This document shows, piece by piece, positions 1 to 9,218 of a stretch of 64,000 nucleotides of DNA. The stretch covers positions 224,001 through 288,000 of the forward strand of contig CAWFXA010000002.1 of the NCBI GenBank assembly GCA_963819655.1, given 5' to 3'. The notes under the pieces are model-generated. The model made no database searches. It saw only the letters and a list, made by a program, of their open reading frames with translations, and had not been told where the DNA came from. Origin of the DNA: an uncultured Chloroflexia bacterium (GTDB taxonomy: Bacteria; Chloroflexota; Limnocylindria; Limnocylindrales; CSP1-4). The translations under genes were made by a program, and so were the position numbers. Numbering within the stretch: the stretch's first letter is position 1; each line of letters begins with the position of its first letter.

Positions 1-1
1 G

Positions 2-619
2 CTCGGCACTCGCCTGGACGCCACGATCCGGCGACCCGTCTCGCTCGACGTCTTCGCGACGATCGGATTCGACCCGTCGACCGGACGGGTCGCCGCGCGC
101 GGGCCGCTCGCGACCGAGACGATGGCCGGCATCGAGGAGACCGTGGCCCGCGTCCTCCGCCGCTGGTGCCCGAGCATCGCTGCGGCCCGTCGCGCGACCG
201 AGATGGCCTGGTTCGCCCCCGATCCGGTCGCGCTGGCCGTCCCGGTCGCGGACCTCCGCCAGTTGTTCGACGTCCTCCGCGATGGCGGGCGACGGATCGC
301 CGTGGTCACGACGGATGACCGGGTCCCGACCAACGCCACGCTCCGTGCGCTCGGCGTGCGCGACCGGGTCGAGGCGATGGTCTGCGGCGACGACGGGTTC
401 GCCGTCAAACCGGCACCGGACGCCGTCTTCGCGGTGTGCCACGCCTTCCGGACCGAGCCCGCGCGGGTGGCGGTGATCGGCGATACGCCGGCCGATCTGG
501 CGATGGCCCGAACGGCCGGTGCGGGACGCGTGATCGGAGTGCGCAGCGGGGTCGGCACCGACGCCGATCTGGGCGACGCCGACGCGATCATCGATTCGAT
601 CGGCTCGCTGCTGCCTTAG
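2..619 (+). CDS. HAD-family hydrolase/phosphatase (5' partial)
   Basis: Frame open from the window start; motifs VVTTD, KPAPD, VIGDTPAD. Confidence 0.85.
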   Translation, partial: LGTRLDATIRRPVSLDVFATIGFDPSTGRVAARGPLATETMAGIEETVARVLRRWCPSIAAARRATEMAWFAPDPVALAVPVADLRQLFDVLRDGGRRIAVVTTDDRVPTNATLRALGVRDRVEAMVCGDDGFAVKPAPDAVFAVCHAFRTEPARVAVIGDTPADLAMARTAGAGRVIGVRSGVGTDADLGDADAIIDSIGSLLP

Positions 620-689
620 GCCAGCGGACCGGGTCGGACGCCCACTTGATCACTGCGCCGCGTCGTCTGACGGCTCGCGGAACATGGGA

Positions 690-718
690 AGACCCCCGGC
701 CTCGCGGCACGGGGGTCT
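690..718. terminator. Hairpin between convergent genes
   Basis: AGACCCCCG-N11-CGGGGGTCT inverted repeat. Confidence 0.6.
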
Positions 719-745
719 CTCGCTTTCGGGAGGGCGACGCGACCG

Positions 746-1501
746 TCAGTCGCGGGCGCCGAACAGGCGAAGCAGGAACAGGAACAGGTTGACGAAATCG
801 AGGTAGAGATGGAGGGCGCCGAGCACGGCTGCCTTTTCCACCGACCCGGTGTAGAGCGCCAGGTCGCCGTTCTGGATGCGCTGCACGTCGTAGGCGGTGA
901 GAGCCGTGAAGATCACCACGCCGATGATCGAGATGACCCAGGACACGGTGTCGTTGAGCAGGAAGATGTTGATGACGCTCGCGACGAGCAGGCCGATGAC
1001 GCCCATGAACAGCAGGCCGCCGAGGCGGGCCAGCGAACGCTTCGTCACGTGGCCGTAGATCGCCGCGGCCCCGAACATAGCCGATGCCGAGAGGAACGCG
1101 GTCGCGACGGACCCGGCCGTGTAGAACGACACGATCAGCCCGATCGTCAGGCCGAGCGACGCCGCGTAGACGAAGAACGCGCCGAGCGCGGCGGTCGCGC
1201 TGATCCGGCGGATACCGAGCGATATCCCCATCGCCAGGATGAACTGGCCGATGAGCAGGATGAACCAGTAGCTGCCCGCGAACTCCAGCAGCCGGGTGTT
1301 GCTCTGGACGAAGTAGGCGACGCCGGCGGTGACCGCCAGCCCGACGAACATCCACAGGAACGCCTGGGTCAGCAACGCCTGCTGCGTGCGGGCGTCGGGG
1401 ATCGTCCGGGACTCGGACCCGGCAGGCGTCACAAGCGGGCCGGTGGTCGGTGTGGGAGTCGGTGAAAAGGGAGTTGGGTTGGGGGACCGCGGATCACTCA
1501 T
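746..1501 (-). CDS. Bax inhibitor-1/YccA family membrane protein
   Basis: About 7 TM helices; TAYDVQRI and ALHLYLDFVNLF motifs. Confidence 0.92.
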   Translation of the reverse strand: MSDPRSPNPTPFSPTPTPTTGPLVTPAGSESRTIPDARTQQALLTQAFLWMFVGLAVTAGVAYFVQSNTRLLEFAGSYWFILLIGQFILAMGISLGIRRISATAALGAFFVYAASLGLTIGLIVSFYTAGSVATAFLSASAMFGAAAIYGHVTKRSLARLGGLLFMGVIGLLVASVINIFLLNDTVSWVISIIGVVIFTALTAYDVQRIQNGDLALYTGSVEKAAVLGALHLYLDFVNLFLFLLRLFGARD

Positions 1502-1574
1502 GCGGCTCGGTGCTCCTCACTGCAGGAACGGGAAGGGACGAATTGGATCTCGGATGACGGGTCGGAAGGCACGC

Positions 1575-1943
1575 TCACCACATCAGGCCCGCGTCGCGCG
1601 GATCCCAGCGCTCGGCGAGCAGGGTGACCGTGACCTCGTGCTCGACCACGGATTCCACCTGTTCCTTGACCTGGGCGATCATCGACCCGGCGTAGGGGCA
1701 GAACGGCGTGGTGAGGATCATCTTGATCTCGGTCGAGTCGGGACCAAGCAGGATCTGCTTGATGAGAGCGAGCTCGACCACGTTCATGCCGATCTCGGGA
1801 TCGACGACCGCGCGCAGCGCGTCGAGGATCGCGAGCTCGGTGGCACGCCGTTCGGGGTCGAACGCGGGCGCCTCAGCCATGGTCGCGGGCGCTTCCATCG
1901 TGGTCGTGGCGGCGGTGTCGTCAGTCGTCTTTGTGTCGGTCAT
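1575..1943 (-). CDS. DUF59 / SufT-PaaD-like Fe-S cluster assembly factor
   Basis: DPEIGMNVVELALI and LTTPFCP motifs. Confidence 0.9.
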   Translation of the reverse strand: MTDTKTTDDTAATTTMEAPATMAEAPAFDPERRATELAILDALRAVVDPEIGMNVVELALIKQILLGPDSTEIKMILTTPFCPYAGSMIAQVKEQVESVVEHEVTVTLLAERWDPRDAGLMW

Positions 1944-2037
1944 CGTGGGAACAGCCTAGCACCGACTCCGAACGAGGCAATCCGGTCCGTTCGTACGTCC
2001 TGTGGCCGTCCCCAGGATCCGCCGATGCGGCCGCAAG

Positions 2038-2232
2038 CAGGAGATGCACATCTCCCACAGTTGTGCACGATGGACCACCCAGGATGGGTGCGATTCGTCA
2101 TCTGCGCTCGCGATCACGCATAGGTGTGCGAATCCTGCATCTGACGGTTGCCTTGGTGAGCGGCGGATTGATCGATCGCGCACGGCTGTCGGCATCGTGT
2201 CGCTCACAGCGACAATGTCGCGCTCAGCGACG
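2038..2232. repeat. Palindrome-rich intergenic element
   Basis: GGAGATG-CA-CATCTCC hairpin; tandem TGTCGCTCACAGCGACA / TGTCGCGCTCAGCGACG hairpins. Confidence 0.4.
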
Positions 2233-2301
2233 TTTTGGCGGACGTCGTCTGGGCTTTCTGCGCGGGCCACCTTGGCCCGGGGCGTCGCGGTGAGTGCCGG
2301 A

Positions 2302-2619
2302 TCAGCCCGTCTTGAGGACGATCCCTGGGAGCCTGTACTGGGACGGCAGACCGGCCGCCTCCGCGTCGCTGTAGCCGGGACCGACCAGCGACCCGTCCGG
2401 TTCGAAGAAATCGGCGTACCGCTCGCGGTGGGTGCTCGCGTAGGTGAACGCCGCCGCCACGCCGACCCGTCGCAGCTCCGGGTGGTCGGTCAGGATGCGG
2501 GTGAGGTCGTAGCCGTTGGCGCGGAGCTCGAGCAGCTGGCGCACCGTGAGCCGCGACCCGTAGCAGAACGGCTCGCCGTTCATCACGAGCGGGTCCTGCT
2601 GGACCCACTTGACGGTCAT
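2302..2619 (-). CDS. DUF433 domain protein
   Basis: DPLVMNGEP..GSRLTVRQLLE..G.....IL.DHPEL pattern. Confidence 0.8.
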   Translation of the reverse strand: MTVKWVQQDPLVMNGEPFCYGSRLTVRQLLELRANGYDLTRILTDHPELRRVGVAAAFTYASTHRERYADFFEPDGSLVGPGYSDAEAAGLPSQYRLPGIVLKTG

Positions 2620-2624
2620 CTGGC

Positions 2625-3107
2625 TCAGCCGCCCTTGTAGAGGAGCTGGAGGAAGGCGTTCCGCTTCCGCGCATCGCCGGCCAGTCGCCGATGCCAGCGG
2701 TATTGCGCGATGGCCTCGTCGATGGCCCGGTCGGCCTCGACGGATTCCTTAGGCGAGATGACCGCGGGGAGCGCAGCGCGCAGGCCCTCGCACAGGTTGA
2801 TCAGGTCGTCGAGCGGGACGCGCTTGCGGCGATAGACCGGCGACGTCCAGTCTGCGTACTCGCGCGCCGGGGCAGGGTCGCCCGCAGCGACGGACACTGC
2901 GACGCGGTCCGCGAGGAGCTCGGCGTCGCGCAGGCGCTGCCGCAGCCCGACCTCGTCATTTCGCTCCCGAAGCGTCGGATCGCTTTCAAGGGCGGTCGCG
3001 AGCGCCCGTGCCGCCAGCGTTGGCAACGCCTCGCGGATCCGTCGCGCTGCCTCGGGCGAACCGGCAGTCATGTCGAGCGGCGGGCGGCCGAGGCTTGGGT
3101 GGCTCAC
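2625..3107 (-). CDS. Phycobiliprotein/globin-fold-like protein lacking the chromophore Cys
   Basis: GTG start 8 nt after TAGACT; RLRD..AAGDP..VYRRKRVP resembles the CLRD..AGD..Y..LG.P pattern of phycobiliproteins. Confidence 0.6.
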   Translation of the reverse strand: MSHPSLGRPPLDMTAGSPEAARRIREALPTLAARALATALESDPTLRERNDEVGLRQRLRDAELLADRVAVSVAAGDPAPAREYADWTSPVYRRKRVPLDDLINLCEGLRAALPAVISPKESVEADRAIDEAIAQYRWHRRLAGDARKRNAFLQLLYKGG

Positions 3108-3170
3108 GATCGGAAAGTCTAGCGTCCGCCCGGGCACGTCGCCATCCATCCCACGGCTACGATGCGTGGC

Positions 3171-3650
3171 GTGGACGACCAACGAACGGGCGGCGTGCCC
3201 GCCGAACCAGGCGAACGGCGGCTCGAGAGACCTCCCTCGGATCGGTACACGCCGGTCGTGCAGGAGCCGGCCCCGGGCGGTGCCGGTTCGCAGGGGCACG
3301 CGATCGCGTACGCCGTGCTCGCCGCGATCGGTGGGGCCGTGGCCATCACGGTCGGTGGCGGCCTCCTGGCGATGACCGCGGGCTTGCTGGTCATCGCCGC
3401 GGCGCTCGGCTGGGCGGTCGCGGCGGCTCTGTCGACGAGTCCCGACGGAGGCACACGGACACGGCGCATGGCACTCGCCGCAGGCATGGCCGCGATCGGG
3501 GTCGCGTTGGGTCAGCTCGGCCTCTGGCTGGTTGCCCGCCAGGAGGGCGGGACGCTCGGTCTCGTCGACTACCTCGGGGAGGTCTTCGGGATCCTCGTCC
3601 TCCTGCAGCTGGTCATCGCTGTCGTCGTCGCGTTGTGGCGCGCGCGGTGA
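3171..3650 (+). CDS. Hypothetical 4-TM membrane protein
   Basis: Hydrophobic helices; TACGAT 7 nt before GTG; GTGA overlap with the GNAT gene. Confidence 0.7.
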   Translation: MDDQRTGGVPAEPGERRLERPPSDRYTPVVQEPAPGGAGSQGHAIAYAVLAAIGGAVAITVGGGLLAMTAGLLVIAAALGWAVAAALSTSPDGGTRTRRMALAAGMAAIGVALGQLGLWLVARQEGGTLGLVDYLGEVFGILVLLQLVIAVVVALWRAR

Positions 3651-4171
3651 GCGACACACGCGGGCCGGACGATCGACGCGACGCAGCCGACCTCAGCTTC
3701 CGGCGCCCGACCGAGGCCGATCACCGCACGATCGTCGGATTGGTCGACGAGTGGTGGGGCGGTCGTCGCATGCGCTCGCTCCTGCCGCGCCTGTGGTTCC
3801 AGCACTTCGCCGGGACGTCGTGGATCGCGGAGGCGGTCGACGGACGCCTGGCCGGCTTTGTCGTCGCGTTCATCAGCCAGGACGACCCGTCCGTCGGCTA
3901 CGTCCACATGATCGGGGCCGACCCCAACCGTCGCCGGAGCGGTATCGGCCGAGCACTCTACGAGCGCGTGTTCACGGACCTGTCCGGCCGCGGCGTGAAA
4001 CGCGTCAAGGCGATCACGTGGCCAGGCAATCGCCAGAGCGTCGCCTTCCACCGATCCGTCGGCTTCCGCGTCGATGACGGTCCGGGCACGGAGAACCTGT
4101 ACGGGACGCCTGCCTACGCCGACTACGACGGCGACGGCGACGACCGGGCGGTCTTCGTCCGCGACCTCTGA
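3647..4171 (+). CDS. GNAT family N-acetyltransferase
   Basis: PNRRRSGIGRALY acetyl-CoA motif; N..SVAFHRSVGF. Confidence 0.9.
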   Translation: MSDTRGPDDRRDAADLSFRRPTEADHRTIVGLVDEWWGGRRMRSLLPRLWFQHFAGTSWIAEAVDGRLAGFVVAFISQDDPSVGYVHMIGADPNRRRSGIGRALYERVFTDLSGRGVKRVKAITWPGNRQSVAFHRSVGFRVDDGPGTENLYGTPAYADYDGDGDDRAVFVRDL

Positions 4172-4270
4172 GCGTCGCCGCCAGGACGTCTCGGGAACCG
4201 ATCGACCCCGGCCGGTGTACTTCCCACAACGGGTCACCCCGCCCGACCCACCACGGGAAGGAGTCCACCG

Positions 4271-5026
4271 ATGCTTCGCCGGATCGCCGCCGTGATCGCC
4301 GCGACCGCCATGCTCCTCGTCTTCGCCCTCCCGGCGATGGCCGGTGGTTGGGCCGAGATCGAGGCCGACGCGCAGATCGCGACACCGACCGAGGACACGC
4401 CGTTCGTGATCGGCTTCACGGTCCTCCAGCATGGCCAGACGCCCGCACCGTGGGAGTCCGCGACCGTCCATTTCACGGACGCGGGAACGGGTGAGGCATT
4501 CGACGTCGCCGCGACGAACGACCGCGCGGACGGCCATTTCGTCGCCACCGCGACGGTTCCACACGCCGGCTACTGGAGTTGGCAGGTCACGCTCCGGGAC
4601 CTCGAGAGCCAGCACGTCCCGGTCCGGATGACAGTCCTCACGGCCAGCGGCGCGACCCCGCCGTTCGATCCGTCGACGATCCTGGCGGCGGTGGACAGCG
4701 CGAAGATCGCCGCCACGAACTCCGTGACCGAGAGGTTCGCCCCCGAGATCGAGCGCCTCGATCGACAGGACGACGGCTATCGAGCCCGCCTCGACAATCT
4801 GGCCGCCCAGATGAGGGACGTGACGGCCGATCGCGATGCGCTCGCCGACCGCGTCGCCACTCTCGAAGGAGTCGGCGGCCTGCCGTTGATCGCGGTGATC
4901 AGCCTGTCCGTGCTGGCCGGTTCAGCGGCGGGCTTCGCGATGGCCTGGCTGGCGGGCCGGAAGCCACCGCGCGAGCTCCCGGACGTCGCCCTCAATCCAC
5001 CGCAGCGCGGAGCCGACCCGGTGTGA
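4271..5026 (+). CDS. Secreted, C-terminally membrane-anchored protein (YtkA/FixH-like Ig domain plus coiled coil)
   Basis: AAGGAG RBS, signal peptide (ALPAMA), GHFVA..P.AGYWSW, heptad region, C-terminal TM. Confidence 0.65.
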   Translation: MLRRIAAVIAATAMLLVFALPAMAGGWAEIEADAQIATPTEDTPFVIGFTVLQHGQTPAPWESATVHFTDAGTGEAFDVAATNDRADGHFVATATVPHAGYWSWQVTLRDLESQHVPVRMTVLTASGATPPFDPSTILAAVDSAKIAATNSVTERFAPEIERLDRQDDGYRARLDNLAAQMRDVTADRDALADRVATLEGVGGLPLIAVISLSVLAGSAAGFAMAWLAGRKPPRELPDVALNPPQRGADPV

Positions 5027-6275
5027 CCCGCTCGTGGAGGAGGCGGCCGAAGCGCCCGACGCGGTCGGGCGCTTCGCCTGTCTCGACCCAGCGGGCGATG
5101 AGCTGCTCGCCTTCCTCGTACGCGAAGACATACAGCCGCGAGAGCGGGTCCTCGATGAACTCGAGCCGCTTCGCAGCGACATCCTCGGAGAAACGCCCGA
5201 CCTTCCGGAGATACGTCATCACCTCCTTGTGCGGTCGACCATCGGCGTGACGGCGGAGTGCGGCCTCGTCGACGGCAGCGTCCAGGATGTTGCGCGGCGC
5301 GACCAGCGCGACGGCCCGCTCCGCCATCTCACGCGCGGCGGGCCGGTCGGCGGCGACAGCCAGACCCGCGCGCTCGAAGAGTTCGACGAGCAGGTCGGCC
5401 CGCTCCTCGAGCGGCGACGCGAGCCTGGTCCCGTAACGGGCCAGCCCCTCGCTGACCGGGCCCTCGGGCGTGTTCGTCAGCAGCATCGACGACTCGAGCT
5501 GATGACGGCGGTCGACCAGGTCCGTCTCCTTCCAGGAGAGCTCGAGATGGTGGCCCGGGTACGTCTCATGGGCGATGGTGACGACGAGATCGGGAGCGGT
5601 GACGGGTAGGTCGACGTTGATGTCGATCCGCGAGCGACGACCGCCCTCATACCAGTTGTAGGCGATCCACGGCTGGTCGCGGACGATCGACAGGCGGAGG
5701 CCCTCGCCCTCTGGCAGTCCGAAATCGTTCCGGGCGCGTTCGCGGAAAAGCTCGACGAGCCACTCGGCCACAGACGGCAGCCGATCGACCGGCACCTCGA
5801 GCTCGCGGTCCCAGGCCTCAAGTCGTTCCGCAACGGAACCCTTGCCCGGCAACAACGCATCGATCGCGGAGGCGGCGGTGTCGAAGACCGCGGCGTCGTG
5901 CCGCCGCGGCGCGAACCCCATGCAGCGCTCGACGTACTCGGGGTACGGCAGCGGCTCCCCTGCGAGCGCGAGGGCGTGGGCATCGAGCGCGTGCAGCTGT
6001 GCGGTCAGCCACTCCTTCCGGTCCTGTTCGTCGATCTCGCGGGCGACGCGGTCGGCAAGTGATGCGATGTCCTCACGAAGCCGGCTCGGTGCCCGCAGCT
6101 GCTCCATGTCCACCCGCGCCTTGGTGTCGGCCGGCCCGTAGTACGCGTCCACGAGACCCGGGATGTGCTGGTCGAGCCGAAGACCGAGCAGGAGATAGTC
6201 CGTCGCGATGGGGTCAGGCGCTGGGACGGTCCGCGTGCCGCCGACGGCCGAGACTCGCTGCGGGGCCGGCGTCAT
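4992..6275 (-). CDS. DUF885-like zinc metallopeptidase
   Basis: HETYPGHH plus downstream SEGLARY. Confidence 0.75.
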   Translation of the reverse strand: MTPAPQRVSAVGGTRTVPAPDPIATDYLLLGLRLDQHIPGLVDAYYGPADTKARVDMEQLRAPSRLREDIASLADRVAREIDEQDRKEWLTAQLHALDAHALALAGEPLPYPEYVERCMGFAPRRHDAAVFDTAASAIDALLPGKGSVAERLEAWDRELEVPVDRLPSVAEWLVELFRERARNDFGLPEGEGLRLSIVRDQPWIAYNWYEGGRRSRIDINVDLPVTAPDLVVTIAHETYPGHHLELSWKETDLVDRRHQLESSMLLTNTPEGPVSEGLARYGTRLASPLEERADLLVELFERAGLAVAADRPAAREMAERAVALVAPRNILDAAVDEAALRRHADGRPHKEVMTYLRKVGRFSEDVAAKRLEFIEDPLSRLYVFAYEEGEQLIARWVETGEAPDRVGRFGRLLHERVTPGRLRAAVD

Positions 6276-6796
6276 CGCTGCATACGGTCGGGCCGTGGGG
6301 CGCGGCGCTCGCCATGGTCGCGGTGGTCGTCGGCCCGCCGCCGGACCTCGGCGAGGCGTTCCGCGAGTGTCGGATCGGGAGGGAGGCCGGTCCGGTCCGG
6401 TGCGCGGTCGGCCGGGCGCTCGGCCTCCGCCGACGCAGGCCGATCAGGATCCGCGGAGCCAAGGCCGACCCCACCTGTTTCCCCGACGAACGGCATGTGT
6501 TGCCGATCGACTGCGTCGAGGCTCATCCGCAGCGCGGCGGTCTTCTGGGTCGCCACCTCGCGGACGTACGCCGACTCCTCGTCGGCGGTCATCGGCCGGC
6601 CGCGGACGATCGCCTTGGGCTTGCCGACCATCAACCACGCGAGGTGATAGCGGTCCATGCTCCCCCATGCCGCGGACAGGAGGTCGTCGGACAACTGCAG
6701 CCAGACCTGCATCGCCCCCAGGGAAGGCTGGGCGACCAGCCGGTCGCCCTCGTCGATGAGCTGCCGGGTCCGGGTGATCAACTCGTCACGTTTCAC
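6272..6796 (-). CDS. Hypothetical protein
   Basis: 4-nt overlaps with both neighbours; coding-like GC3 (VKRDELITR...). Confidence 0.65.
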   Translation of the reverse strand: MKRDELITRTRQLIDEGDRLVAQPSLGAMQVWLQLSDDLLSAAWGSMDRYHLAWLMVGKPKAIVRGRPMTADEESAYVREVATQKTAALRMSLDAVDRQHMPFVGETGGVGLGSADPDRPASAEAERPADRAPDRTGLPPDPTLAERLAEVRRRADDHRDHGERRAPRPDRMQR

Positions 6797-7722
6797 GGTC
6801 GTGCCAGCTCGCCGTCGCGGATCATCGCCTCGCGGTCGGCGCGGGCGCGAAGCGTCCACGGGCCAGGCGTCCCGGCCCCGATCGGTCTGCCTTCGAAAGC
6901 GGTGACCGGCAGGATCCCGGCCACGCTCGACGACAGGAAGGCCTCCTCGGCGTTGGCGAGATCCTCGCGCCGCAGCCTGGCCTCGACCGGCCGGACGCCC
7001 ACCCGTGCTGCCCAGTCGAGCAGCCAGGATCGCGTCGTCCCCGGCAGGATCGCGCAGTCGAGCGATGGTGTCGCGAGCTCGGGCGTCCCTCCGGCCGAGC
7101 CGCGGACCAGGAAGATGTTGGCCGACGTCCCTTCGGACAGGTGATCGTCGATGGTCAGGAACAGCGCGTCGTCCGCCCCGGCCCGGCGCGCCTCGAGCCG
7201 CGCATAGACGTACTCGGCACGGGACGTGGTCTTGAGGGTGGCTAGCGGGTTGCGCGGGTCGCGCCGGACGGCGGAGGCCACGAGGTGGAGCCCCTGCTCG
7301 AGATGGTCGGCCGGTGCAGCCGCGACCGGCCACGCCTGGATCGCGATCGTCGCCTCCGCGTCCTCGTTCGGCGGCAGCACGCCGCGCGTCCGGAAGACGC
7401 CACGCGACACGGTGATCCGGAGCGACGCGTCGCCGTCGGCGCCGTCGAGCCCATCCACGGCAAGCAACGCGGCGATGCCGGCCGACAGACGGGCGTCGAC
7501 ATCGGCCGGGAGCTCGATATCGAGGCCATCGGCCGATCGATGGAGACGCGCCAGGTGGGCATCGATCTCCGTCGGGTGGCCACCCCGGGCGCGCAGCGTC
7601 TCGAAGACCCCGTCCCCGAGCTGGAAGCCACGATCGAAGACAGACAGATGCGGCCCGTCGGCCGGGAGGATCTCGCCGTCGAGCCAGACGTGCCGTGGTC
7701 GGCCGTCCCCCGTCGATATCAC
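6793..7722 (-). CDS. pabC: Class IV PLP aminotransferase (aminodeoxychorismate lyase / IlvE-like)
   Basis: DRGFQLGDGVFET, LKT, EGTSANIF, LPGTTR; adjacent to pabB. Confidence 0.8.
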   Translation of the reverse strand: MISTGDGRPRHVWLDGEILPADGPHLSVFDRGFQLGDGVFETLRARGGHPTEIDAHLARLHRSADGLDIELPADVDARLSAGIAALLAVDGLDGADGDASLRITVSRGVFRTRGVLPPNEDAEATIAIQAWPVAAAPADHLEQGLHLVASAVRRDPRNPLATLKTTSRAEYVYARLEARRAGADDALFLTIDDHLSEGTSANIFLVRGSAGGTPELATPSLDCAILPGTTRSWLLDWAARVGVRPVEARLRREDLANAEEAFLSSSVAGILPVTAFEGRPIGAGTPGPWTLRARADREAMIRDGELARP

Positions 7723-9149
7723 GCCACCTCCTCGCCGCCGATCGCCCCGAGCGGGCCGCGTGCCTTGGCGACGGTCTCATCCCACTCCGCGGCGGGGTCG
7801 CTGCCCCAGGTGATGCCGCCCCCGACGTGGAGCGTCAGCCGTCGACCGTCGGCGACGAACGTACGGATGAGGATGCTGGTCTGCATCGCGCCGTCCGGCC
7901 CGATCCAGCCGAGCGCGCCGGTGTACGGCCCGCGGCGCACCGGCTCGAGCCGCTCGAGGATCTCCATCGCGCGGATCTTGGGAGCACCGGTGATCGAGCC
8001 ACCCGGGAAGCTTGCCCCGAGCAGGTCGAAGGCGTCACGGCCGGCGGCCAGCCGGCCGGTGACCGTCGAGACGAGGTGCTGGACCGCTGCGGTCCGCTCG
8101 AGCCGACACAGGCGGGGGACGCGCACGGTGCCGGGACGGCAGACGCGGCCGAGGTCGTTGCGGAGGACGTCGACGATCATCACGTTCTCGGCCCGGTCCT
8201 TGGCGCTGCTCAACAGCTCGCAGGCGAGCGCCCGGTCCTCGCGCCGATCGCGGCCGCGCGGGCGTGTCCCCTTGATCGGATCGCTGGCCACGTGCCCGAG
8301 CGCGTCGACCGACAGGAACGGCTCGGGTGAGGCCGACAGGAGGGCCCGCGGCATGCCCGTCTCGGGCGACGGGCCGAGGTCGAGATATGCCGAGAAGAGA
8401 GACGGGTCGCCGGTCCGCAGGTGGCGATACGGCTCCCACGGATCGCCGTCGAACGGCGCCTCCAGGCGTCGCGTGAGGTTGGCCTGGTAGATGTCCCCGC
8501 GTGCGATGTGCTGCCGGATCGCCTCGACGCCTGCCTCGTATTCAGGTCTTGAGAGGCTCGACCGGAAGCGCAACGGCTCCTCACGAGGCAGCACCGCGGG
8601 GGGGCCGGCGGCGGGCGTCGTCAACCGGGCGTGCACGTCATCGAGCCGGCGCGCCAGCCGCCGCGCATCGCCGTCGAGCGCACGCCCCGCGAGCCACGCG
8701 TGACCGGTCCGCCGGTCCCAGGCCACGACCCAGTCGTGCAGCCCGAGCCGGAGTGGCGGCAGACCCTGATCGTCGAGCGCGATCGACGGCAGACGCTCCA
8801 GCGCGTGCCCGAGGTCGTAGCCCAGGAACCCGACGAGGCCTCCGAGGAACCGCGGCGCATCGGCGGGGACGATCGGGGTGGCATCGAGCCGCGCCAGCAG
8901 GCGCCGCGCGACGGCGAACGGATCGGGACCCGCCGCCGGGGTGTCCAGGACCGCGACCGGGTCCGCGGTCAGGTACGTCCAGCGCGCATTGCGCCCGGGT
9001 CGCGCGCTCTCGAGCAGCGCCAGCCCCGGCAGGTCACGGAACGCTTCGGCCGCATCGATCGGGCGCAGCGCCGCGACTCGATCGGGCAGGCGCCGGAGGC
9101 GCAGCGTCGACGAGGACGAACCGGGCTTGTTCGGGCCGACCGGGATCAC
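7719..9149 (-). CDS. pabB: Aminodeoxychorismate synthase component I
   Basis: GDIYQANL, SPEPF, PIKGTRPR, KDRAENVMIVDVLRNDLGR, PGGSITGAPK. Confidence 0.92.
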   Translation of the reverse strand: MIPVGPNKPGSSSSTLRLRRLPDRVAALRPIDAAEAFRDLPGLALLESARPGRNARWTYLTADPVAVLDTPAAGPDPFAVARRLLARLDATPIVPADAPRFLGGLVGFLGYDLGHALERLPSIALDDQGLPPLRLGLHDWVVAWDRRTGHAWLAGRALDGDARRLARRLDDVHARLTTPAAGPPAVLPREEPLRFRSSLSRPEYEAGVEAIRQHIARGDIYQANLTRRLEAPFDGDPWEPYRHLRTGDPSLFSAYLDLGPSPETGMPRALLSASPEPFLSVDALGHVASDPIKGTRPRGRDRREDRALACELLSSAKDRAENVMIVDVLRNDLGRVCRPGTVRVPRLCRLERTAAVQHLVSTVTGRLAAGRDAFDLLGASFPGGSITGAPKIRAMEILERLEPVRRGPYTGALGWIGPDGAMQTSILIRTFVADGRRLTLHVGGGITWGSDPAAEWDETVAKARGPLGAIGGEEVA

Positions 9150-9218
9150 GCGGGCGATGATACGGCCGGTCGCCGGGACGGGGCGCCGACGCCAGCGACC
9201 GGAGGTACGCTCCTCGCG

